Part shown: in pieces, positions 56,716 through 64,000 of the stretch | How the letters are laid out: every line of letters starts with the position of its first letter | Numbering within the stretch: the first letter of the stretch is position 1 | From: a virus | Taxonomy: Duplodnaviria; Heunggongvirae; Uroviricota; Caudoviricetes | Strand: one strand, 5' to 3' | Virus record (IMG/VR): IMGVR_UViG_3300025896_000021 | DNA: 64,000 nt | Made by a program: the position numbers and the translations under genes | The notes under the pieces: generated by a model | The model's input: only the letters and a program-made list of their open reading frames with translations | Told to the model about the DNA's origin: nothing | Databases searched by the model: none

Positions 56716-58119
56716 ATGAATTTTCAAGAATTATACGAAGGCACAACGCCTAAACTACCCGGCGCCCCACAAGGCGTAAAAGTTATGTCTATGGATCAAT
56801 TCGTTGGTCAAGCTGGACAATCTCAAGAACAACCTGAAGAAGAAGTTGCAGAAGAAGTAGACATGGGTCAAGCTGAAAAGCGCACACCACCAAAAGATAG
56901 CCGTGAAGATGACGATAGAGTTTTTAACGCCTTCAGAGAAAGACTGCGAAAACTAAAAGGTGAAGACTTAGACGAAGCTACTGCACTACCGGCACAACAA
57001 CGTGAATTAGGTTCTCAAGAATTTCAAGACTACATGGGTCGTATCAAAGGAACCGATGATATTGATAAAAAGACCGGCGAGATTAAAGTAAACAAAAAAG
57101 GTGTGCAGCAGTATACTACTGGTAAGACTAAGACAGACAAGTATAAGATGCCATATGTTCACCGTAGTAGTGCTATTGAGTATTATGATGAAGGTGGAAA
57201 GAGATACAAAGAAGAAGCTGTTATTGCTGCATTGCAACAACGTCCTAAGAAGTTGTTAAAGCAAAATGAAAAGATGAAACATAGCAACGGAGAGTTTGAA
57301 CAATTCTTTAACGTTGGTTTTGCAGCATTAACTGGTATCGCAGTTGATGAATCTACTGGTAAACTTATTGTAGTTAACACATGCCCAGGTGCTGGTTCAT
57401 GTAAAGTTGACTGTTTCGCTATGAAGGGCGGCAAAGTACAATTCAAAGCTGCTTGGTTAAGCGATGGTCGTATTCTAACTTATCTATTGAATGATCCAAC
57501 CGGTTTCTTCAAACAGTTAAGTGCAGAGATTGCTAAAGAAGAACGAGATGGCGCAAAAGGATCAAAGGGATTTGAAGGTGGATGGAGAGTGACAGTTCGT
57601 TGGCACGATGCTGGTGACTTCTTCTCACCAGAATACTTAGACATGGCATTGAAGATGGCTGCTGCTCACCCTAATGTTAAATTCTACGCTTATACCAAAA
57701 TGGCAGGTGCTGCAATGGCACAAAAGCCTGACAACTTCATTATTAACTGGAGTGAAGGCGCAAGTTCTGGTCAAGAGAAACAAGTTAAAGCTCAAGACCC
57801 TAACTTAGAGACAACTAAGAACAGTCGTATTGTTCCAGAGAAGTTATTCTATGACTTGTTAGCTAAAGATGAGAAGGGTAACTTAGTTAAGACCGCTGAT
57901 GGTGCATGGCAACCTGCTAGCCCAGAAGCACTACAGCAAATGAAGCAACGTATTGGTCAGGCGTACAGTATCAGCCCATCAAGTATTCTAAGCTACAATG
58001 AATATACTTCAAAGCCTAAAGTTGCTGGCATGAAGTATAATGTTATCGTTGCTCCGGGTGAGGGAGATGTTTCTGCCAACGATCCTAATGTACTAAGTAC
58101 ATTACTATTAAGGCATTAA
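56716..58119 (+). CDS. Phage Gp88-like (putative Fe-S) domain protein with N-terminal charged modules
   Basis: 'TCPGAGSCKVDCFA' (CX5CX3C), 'VRWHDAGDFFS', 'FYAYTK'. Confidence 0.6.
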   Translation: MNFQELYEGTTPKLPGAPQGVKVMSMDQFVGQAGQSQEQPEEEVAEEVDMGQAEKRTPPKDSREDDDRVFNAFRERLRKLKGEDLDEATALPAQQRELGSQEFQDYMGRIKGTDDIDKKTGEIKVNKKGVQQYTTGKTKTDKYKMPYVHRSSAIEYYDEGGKRYKEEAVIAALQQRPKKLLKQNEKMKHSNGEFEQFFNVGFAALTGIAVDESTGKLIVVNTCPGAGSCKVDCFAMKGGKVQFKAAWLSDGRILTYLLNDPTGFFKQLSAEIAKEERDGAKGSKGFEGGWRVTVRWHDAGDFFSPEYLDMALKMAAAHPNVKFYAYTKMAGAAMAQKPDNFIINWSEGASSGQEKQVKAQDPNLETTKNSRIVPEKLFYDLLAKDEKGNLVKTADGAWQPASPEALQQMKQRIGQAYSISPSSILSYNEYTSKPKVAGMKYNVIVAPGEGDVSANDPNVLSTLLLRH

Positions 58120-58120
58120 A

Positions 58121-58561
58121 ATGTTATCTGACAACTTAAAGACATTACTGGCTTCAACTGAATTGTTCTCGTTGAAGTCTCGTAACTTTCATTGGAATAT
58201 TGAAGGTAGTAACTTCCCGCAATATCATGAATTCTATGACAACCTGTACAACGATTCATATGCGACTATAGATAGAATTGCAGAGTATATCAGGGTGTTA
58301 GATGCATATGCTCCTGCAAGTTTAACTCGCTATGCTGAGTTGTCAATCATTCAAGATCAAATAAAGATTCCACGTGCAGAACTAATGTTTGCTGAATCAT
58401 TAGTGGACTGTCAAAAAATGATCGTATTAGTAATAGAGATATTTGATGTTGCCTCTGCTGAACGTCAGCAGGGCATTGCAAACTTCATGGCAGAACTACA
58501 AGACTTCTATGGTAAGAAATCATGGATGATTCGCTCTATCTTAAAGAAAGATAGAGAGTAA
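58121..58561 (+). CDS. dps: Dps / DNA-binding mini-ferritin
   Basis: 'NFHWNIEGSNF..YHE.Y..LY...DRIAEYIR'. Confidence 0.9.
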   Translation: MLSDNLKTLLASTELFSLKSRNFHWNIEGSNFPQYHEFYDNLYNDSYATIDRIAEYIRVLDAYAPASLTRYAELSIIQDQIKIPRAELMFAESLVDCQKMIVLVIEIFDVASAERQQGIANFMAELQDFYGKKSWMIRSILKKDRE

Positions 58562-59181
58562 TGAGAGCAATTGAATTCATCACAGAAACTGAATCATATC
58601 AACCACCTGAATTAAGTGTTGGTGATAAGATACTTAAAGGTAAATTTAAGAATAGCCCAGCAGAGATTAAAGGCTTCACTAAAGACAAGCACAATCAACC
58701 TGTGTTAAAAACTAACAAAGGTGAAGTACAGTTGTTCAAGCCTCGTGTTGCTAAGTTGATGAAAGAGGTAGAACTAACAGAACTATTCGCCCCTGACAAA
58801 GATTGGAAATGGGATTATAACAGTCCAACTGAATCTGAAGCAACATTTGTAATAGGTGATATACAGTACAAATTCTATGCGTATTCATCACAACCCGGAA
58901 CTTGGGAAGTAGAGTTTAAGATAGTAGAAGGTGGTGACCCAGGTAATAGATTTGGTGTTACTGGTACAGGTAATGCTGCACAAGTTATGTCTACTGTTAC
59001 TGATATCCTACGAGCCTTCCTAGAGAAACATAAAGGGCAGATATCTAAGTTGATATTTTCTGCCAAGGAATCATCACGACAAGCACTATATGCTAAAATG
59101 GCAAAACGCCTATTGCCTAATTGGAATTTAGAACATTTTAAGAGTGAGTTTTCACTAACTGCACCTGAGGTAACTAAATGA
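58561..59181 (+). CDS. Two-module hypothetical protein with capsid-targeting-like N-terminus
   Basis: MRAIEFITE; modules separated by MKE/LTE; 'GVTGTGNA..V.STV'. Confidence 0.6.
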   Translation: MRAIEFITETESYQPPELSVGDKILKGKFKNSPAEIKGFTKDKHNQPVLKTNKGEVQLFKPRVAKLMKEVELTELFAPDKDWKWDYNSPTESEATFVIGDIQYKFYAYSSQPGTWEVEFKIVEGGDPGNRFGVTGTGNAAQVMSTVTDILRAFLEKHKGQISKLIFSAKESSRQALYAKMAKRLLPNWNLEHFKSEFSLTAPEVTK

Positions 59182-59945
59182 GAGCAACCGAATTTATCAA
59201 CGAGGAAATAAACCCGGATATTCTTGATTCACGCTTTAGTCACAAGCAAAAGATTGGTGCATATACATATACCGCTGCACTGGAACCCGATAGATTCCAC
59301 AAAGCAGATTTGTTTGTTATTAGATGCTATAACCGTACTAAAATGATCGGACAAGCTAAATTCTACACAACATTCGGTGACTCACTAGTAAGCGCACTAA
59401 CAACAGTACAGCCAGAGTATCAACAATCAGGTATCGCAAGTACAATGTATGCTTATGCTAGAATGCTAGGCAACACGATAGAACCTAGTGCTTCACAATT
59501 GCCACCTGGTAAGAAGATGTGGAAAGCGTGGAAGAAGTCAGGTGAAGCTAAACACTTGATGAAAGAAGACGCAAGTTCTACTACTCTAGCGCAATTATAC
59601 AACGGAAACTATCCAGATCGTGACGAAACATTCTGGGACTATGTTAGTCCGCATGAATTTAATACACCACTAACTATTCAAACATTGGCAAGGCATAAAG
59701 TAATGATTACATTGCTTGGTCAGTATCGTGCAGAACATATTGACGATGTAGTAGATATGTTAGATGATGACAGAAAAGAACTAGTACAATCATATGTAGA
59801 TGATCCTGCACTATCAAGTAAAGTCATTGTGCTTTCAGGAGATAGAATCATTGATGGGAATCATCGTGCATTAGCTGCTGCAATCAAAGGTGTACCTATC
59901 AATTATGTTGACGTAGCTGATTTAGAAGACTCTGAAGAAAGCTAA
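59178..59945 (+). CDS. GNAT-like acetyltransferase plus ParB/Srx-like domain, capsid-targeting-like N-terminus
   Basis: MRATEFINE; 'VQPEYQQSGIASTMY'; 'IIDGNHRALAA'. Confidence 0.65.
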   Translation: MRATEFINEEINPDILDSRFSHKQKIGAYTYTAALEPDRFHKADLFVIRCYNRTKMIGQAKFYTTFGDSLVSALTTVQPEYQQSGIASTMYAYARMLGNTIEPSASQLPPGKKMWKAWKKSGEAKHLMKEDASSTTLAQLYNGNYPDRDETFWDYVSPHEFNTPLTIQTLARHKVMITLLGQYRAEHIDDVVDMLDDDRKELVQSYVDDPALSSKVIVLSGDRIIDGNHRALAAAIKGVPINYVDVADLEDSEES

Positions 59946-59946
59946 T

Positions 59947-60651
59947 ATGAAGACATTAGCAATATTTGGCGATAGCTATGGTAGAAAAGACGCGCCTGAT
60001 ATCCAAGAACGGTCTTGGGTAGACTTCATCCAAGATACTAACACTTACGATATCACTAATTTTGCAGAAACTGGTACTAACTTGTGGTTTAGTTATGCGT
60101 TGTTCTTAAAGAATCATCAAAATTTTGATAAAGTTATCTTTCTTGTGACCGCACCGCATCGTATGACATTGACTAATCTTAAGTTCACTATCTATCCTAA
60201 TCAAAACTATGAAGCAGCACTAGTTAAATTAGGGCATTCTACTAACGAAGAATACAAACAATATAAGTTGCTAGTTGATTACTATGAATACATTCACGAT
60301 ATTGACAAAGATGAGACACTACATCAGTTAATGGTATCTGATGTACAGCAAAAAAGACCAGATGCAATAGTCTATCCATGTTTCACTGTTCCATATCTGA
60401 ATGATACTGGATTATATGAAGTGACTAAATACGAAGATGAGTTTTTAGGAATGAATCACGTTGTACGAAAAGAATTTTACAATAAAAAGCTGCGAGATAG
60501 TAGAAATTGTCATATGATAGAAGATAATAATCGTATTGTAGCTGAAATGTTCTTAGATAGATTGTCTGGATCATATAGTGAGATAGACATGAAATCTTTA
60601 GTAAGACCTACTAAAGGTTTAGATTTTTACTACCAATCAAAGTGGCACTGA
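59947..60651 (+). CDS. SGNH/GDSL-like hydrolase-fold protein
   Basis: 'LAIFGDSYG', 'SW', 'NFAETGTN', late 'NCH'. Confidence 0.5.
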   Translation: MKTLAIFGDSYGRKDAPDIQERSWVDFIQDTNTYDITNFAETGTNLWFSYALFLKNHQNFDKVIFLVTAPHRMTLTNLKFTIYPNQNYEAALVKLGHSTNEEYKQYKLLVDYYEYIHDIDKDETLHQLMVSDVQQKRPDAIVYPCFTVPYLNDTGLYEVTKYEDEFLGMNHVVRKEFYNKKLRDSRNCHMIEDNNRIVAEMFLDRLSGSYSEIDMKSLVRPTKGLDFYYQSKWH

Positions 60652-60652
60652 A

Positions 60653-60736
60653 ATGAGCGAACGAAACAATGAATACCCGGTAATACCGGAGGACGATGGT
60701 TACGATAGATTTCGTAATCCATACAGTCCTGTATAG
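60653..60736 (+). CDS. Possible 27-aa peptide MSERNNEYPVIPEDDGYDRFRNPYSPV
   Basis: ATG 1 nt after the upstream stop; too short to confirm. Confidence 0.35.
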   Translation: MSERNNEYPVIPEDDGYDRFRNPYSPV

Positions 60737-60850
60737 ATCACACTACCTTAGGACCCTTGTGGTTTTCGTGTGGGCCGGCTGCTGGCCAGAGAAGTATATG
60801 GAGTCGTGCCCTGATATCTCTAAAGTGAGCACTAATTTGATAAATATATA

Positions 60851-61435
60851 ATGCGCTATAATGAATTTATCTTTGAATCCGCTGCTACTGAGTTAGCAGA
60901 CAAACTCCCGTCACTAAAAAAGCACGATTACAGTACAATTGACAAATTGATGAAGCGAATCAGTGCAAGACATGATATTGACGGTAAGAAATTGCATGAT
61001 ATGTTTGTTAGCAAGTACGGTCACACTCCTGATACGTGGGTGAAAAAGATCAAAAACAGAATGGACGAATCAGTAGACAATACTGAAAACTTAGACCAAA
61101 TCAGAGACTTTGTTCAATGGGCAATCAAAACATTAAACGTTCAAAAACCTTATCCAAAGATCAAGTTAAGCACTGATACTAAAGACGCACAAGTCAATCA
61201 TCGTACTGGTATGCACACAGACGATGGCCACATATTAGTCTATATCAAAAATCGCAATTTAGTAGATATTTTTCGTACATTGTTCCACGAACTTGTGCAT
61301 GAGAGACAAGATCAATTGAACATGATTGGTCCCGATGATAGTTACCCCGGTTCACCCATCGAAGCGATGGCAGATATGATGGCAGGGAAGTATATTAAGA
61401 TATACGGCAAAGAACATCCCGAAATATTCCAATAA
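60851..61435 (+). CDS. HExxH zinc-metallopeptidase-like domain with capsid-targeting-like N-terminus
   Basis: MRYNEFIFES; 'FRTLFHELVHERQ' and downstream 'E..AD'; GATAAATA 60839-60846. Confidence 0.7.
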   Translation: MRYNEFIFESAATELADKLPSLKKHDYSTIDKLMKRISARHDIDGKKLHDMFVSKYGHTPDTWVKKIKNRMDESVDNTENLDQIRDFVQWAIKTLNVQKPYPKIKLSTDTKDAQVNHRTGMHTDDGHILVYIKNRNLVDIFRTLFHELVHERQDQLNMIGPDDSYPGSPIEAMADMMAGKYIKIYGKEHPEIFQ

Positions 61436-61448
61436 TAAGAAAGAACCA

Positions 61449-62888
61449 ATGGCAAATTATAACTCAATAAAAAACGCGGCATTAATCGCCCCAACAACTA
61501 ACCCTGATTTGGGGTCAGCTAGTAACAGATATGGAAATGTCTATTTAAGTGGTAATGTTAACATTGCTGGAACTAGTATTACTAGTACTAATGCACTTAC
61601 TCCTAAAGTATCAAGCATTGGCTACATCGGGGACGATACTGCGGCAGACATTGCCGGTGGACAGACAATTACATTGAATGGATCTGGATTTGTATTCGGT
61701 GCTAGTGTGCTAATAGGTGGAACGGTAGTAGGGGTAGTAACATTTATTAGCAGTAATCAATTAACACTCACTAGTCCGGCAATGAGTGCTGGTAGTTATG
61801 TTATATATGTCATCAATCCAGATGGTGGCACTGCAATGTCACTACCTGGAATTCAATATTCAGGTACTCCTTCTTGGACTACTACTGCCGGCGCATTAAC
61901 CGGTGTAGTAGCTTCAGCAAGTGTAAGTATAACATTAGCTGCGACCGGAGATGCGCCGGTCACCTACAGTTTATATTCAGGTACATTACCAAGTGGCGTA
62001 ACACTAAACAGTGCAACCGGTGCATTATCAGGTACTGCTCCAGCAGTTACTAATTCTACATTATATAGCTTTACGATTCGTGCTACTGACGCACAGAAAC
62101 AAGATACTAATCGTAGCTTTAGTCTAACTGTAGCTGCTTCTGTTACAATAGAATATCTTGTAATTGGTAAAGGTGGAGATGGTAGTTGGGGCGGTGGCGG
62201 CGCTGGCGGATTTATTTCAGGTACAGCTACTGTTGCTCCGGGAGACACTAGAGTTATCACATTTAATAATGCTGCTTCATACTCGGGCGGCAAGGTGATA
62301 TTTGGATCATTAGTTGCAATAAATGGTGGCGATGAGGGACAGGCTGGCGGATCGGGCGGTGGTGGGTCTATTAATCAAGGATCTACTCCGACAGGAGCTC
62401 CAAAAGCATCAGGTCTCATAGGTGGAGCAGCACTGCAACCTGCATCTGCGTCGGGCGGTTTAGGATATGCGGGCGCAGACGCGCCGGTCGCAAATAGTTC
62501 TACTAAAGGGGGAGGAGGAGGCGGCGGCGCAGGTGGCCCAGCCGAGGTTCGATATACTTGGAGCTCCAATAGCGGTGGCGCCGGAGGTGCCGGAGTAACA
62601 TCTAACATTACCGGAGTAACCATTTCATACGCGGGCGGGGGCGGCGGCGGCCAGACTGGTGCAACCCCGGCAGGTGGTGGTGGTGCCTCATATGGCGGTG
62701 GCGGCTCAATGACCGTATACAATCCGCAGTATACCGGCGGCCCGGGTGTTGTTGTAATAGCATATCCATCAAGTACTCCAGCGATTACAACCATTCCTGG
62801 TACACTTACGTATGCAGTAGATACTACTACTAGAACAGGGTACCGAGTATATACATTTACTGCTGGTACCGGCACAATAACATTCTAA
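61449..62888 (+). CDS. IPT/TIG plus putative-Ig plus glycine-rich domain virion fibre protein
   Basis: 'GGQTITLNGSGF', 'VINPDGG', 'SGTLPSGVTLN', GGGGGAGG runs, 'G..GVVVIAYP'. Confidence 0.75.
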   Translation: MANYNSIKNAALIAPTTNPDLGSASNRYGNVYLSGNVNIAGTSITSTNALTPKVSSIGYIGDDTAADIAGGQTITLNGSGFVFGASVLIGGTVVGVVTFISSNQLTLTSPAMSAGSYVIYVINPDGGTAMSLPGIQYSGTPSWTTTAGALTGVVASASVSITLAATGDAPVTYSLYSGTLPSGVTLNSATGALSGTAPAVTNSTLYSFTIRATDAQKQDTNRSFSLTVAASVTIEYLVIGKGGDGSWGGGGAGGFISGTATVAPGDTRVITFNNAASYSGGKVIFGSLVAINGGDEGQAGGSGGGGSINQGSTPTGAPKASGLIGGAALQPASASGGLGYAGADAPVANSSTKGGGGGGGAGGPAEVRYTWSSNSGGAGGAGVTSNITGVTISYAGGGGGGQTGATPAGGGGASYGGGGSMTVYNPQYTGGPGVVVIAYPSSTPAITTIPGTLTYAVDTTTRTGYRVYTFTAGTGTITF

Positions 62889-62898
62889 GAAATAAAAC

Positions 62899-64000
62899 AT
62901 GGCAAATTATAACTCAATCAAAAACGCGGCATTAATAGCTCCGACAACTAACCCCGACCTTGGTAGTGCAACTAACAGATATGGAAATGTCTATCTTAGT
63001 GGTAATGTAAACATTGCGGGAACTAGTCTAACTAGTACTAATGCTCTCGCTCCTAGAATTACATCTATTAATTATATAGGTGATGACACTGCGGCAGACA
63101 TTGCAGGAGGTCAAACTATTACATTAAGTGGATCTGGATATCAAACCGGAGCAACTGTTTTAATAAACGGTACTCCTGTTTCATTAGTTACATTTGTAAA
63201 CAGTACTACACTAACCTTTACTAGTCCTGCGATGAGTGCAGGTGGATATGTCGTGTATGTTATTAACCCTGACGGAGGCACTGCACTTAGTGTACCGGGT
63301 ATACAATACTCAGGTGTACCAGCATGGACAACTAGTGCAGGTAGTTTAGCTAGTGTTGTTAAATCTTCTAGCGTAAATATAACTGTAGCTGCGACAGGAG
63401 ATGCACCTGTAACTTATAGTGTAACTTCAGGTGCATTACCTAGTGGAGTAACATTGAATGCTAGCACTGGTTTTATATCAGGAACTGCTCCTACAGTAAC
63501 AAACTCATCAACATATAATTTTACAATTAGTGCAATTGACGCACAGAAGCAGGATACTGCTAGAAACTTTAGTTTAACAGTAATTCCTAGCAATGCCCCT
63601 GCTACTGTAGAATACTTAGTGGTTGCTGGTGGTGGAGGTGGTGGTGGCATCGGTGGTGGAGGTGGCGCCGGGGGCTACTTGACTGCAACGAGCTATTCAA
63701 TAACACCGTCTACGCCTATTACAGTCACTGTAGGTGCTGGTGGCGCAGCCTCAACTGACTCATATGCAGTAAATGGTGGTAACGGTGGCGCCTCAGTATT
63801 TGGAACAATTACTAGTACGGGTGGTGGTGGTGGCGCAGCAGGATCAGGCGGAGCACCAGTTATACAAGCAGGATCAGGCGGTTCAGGTGGCGGCGGCGCT
63901 GGTGTAGCATTTGGCGGTAATGGTACAGGTGGCGCCGGAATTGCAGGTCAAGGTTATGCAGGTGGAACTTCAACTGCATATGGGCGTGGTGGTGGCGGTG
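62899..64000 (+). CDS. Paralog of 61449 ORF, partial (runs off window end)
   Basis: Translated by hand; near-identical N-terminus MANYNSIKNAALIAPTTNPDLGSA and the same domain order. Confidence 0.85.
   Translation, partial: MANYNSIKNAALIAPTTNPDLGSATNRYGNVYLSGNVNIAGTSLTSTNALAPRITSINYIGDDTAADIAGGQTITLSGSGYQTGATVLINGTPVSLVTFVNSTTLTFTSPAMSAGGYVVYVINPDGGTALSVPGIQYSGVPAWTTSAGSLASVVKSSSVNITVAATGDAPVTYSVTSGALPSGVTLNASTGFISGTAPTVTNSSTYNFTISAIDAQKQDTARNFSLTVIPSNAPATVEYLVVAGGGGGGGIGGGGGAGGYLTATSYSITPSTPITVTVGAGGAASTDSYAVNGGNGGASVFGTITSTGGGGGAAGSGGAPVIQAGSGGSGGGGAGVAFGGNGTGGAGIAGQGYAGGTSTAYGRGGGG

Noticed and set aside
1-64000. CRISPR array
   Set aside because: No regularly spaced repeat-spacer run seen; the 8419 nuclease is a solo Cas4-like/PD-(D/E)XK phage exonuclease without cas context
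1-64000. tRNA, tmRNA, RNase P or rRNA genes
   Set aside because: No cloverleaf, T-loop plus CCA, or conserved core motifs found by eye in the few intergenic gaps; a covariance-model scan is still needed to be sure
1-64000. Stop-codon reassignment (as in some jumbo phages)
   Set aside because: Conserved genes are full-length and tightly packed under the standard code; no fragmentation at TAG or TGA
61449-64000. Diversity-generating retroelement (TR/VR pair) in the duplicated fibre genes
   Set aside because: Similarity is N-terminal, differences are mostly synonymous and not adenine-specific, and no reverse transcriptase is in the window
62161-64000. GC-rich stretches as horizontally acquired DNA
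   Set aside because: Explained by poly-glycine (GGN) coding in the fibre tips

Overview
The window is a segment of a large, AT-rich, T4-like (myovirus-type) dsDNA phage genome, most likely a jumbo phage, read in the standard code with very high coding density. Virion genes include neck gp13/gp14, tail completion gp15, a 1200-aa sheath gp18, tube gp19 plus a tube-like paralog, head completion gp4, a probable small terminase and several fibre/Ig-domain proteins. Replication genes include primase, helicase, clamp loader, a PD-(D/E)XK exonuclease and a truncated DnaE-like fragment. It also carries dNMP kinase, MazG, NUDIX, PhoH, host-like chaperones (GroES, DnaJ, ClpA), Dps and a GH19 lysin. About 25 T4-late-like (N)ATAAATA motifs and 7 near-consensus sigma70 promoters are visible. 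Best leads: (1) many proteins start with a motif resembling the T4 capsid-targeting sequence and look like Glu-cleaved polyproteins carrying enzymes; (2) three module junctions in those proteins are an identical 13-bp DNA word, AAGGTGTGGCGGA, two copies of which flank an AT-rich, foreign-looking module; (3) a ~540-bp ORF-free, tetraloop-rich region at 17333-17869; (4) a homing-endonuclease-like gene that left a stub of the original clamp-loader 5' end; (5) a DnaE fragment that stops just before the catalytic aspartates; (6) apparently systematic leaderless genes. All family calls are by motif recognition only; no searches were run.
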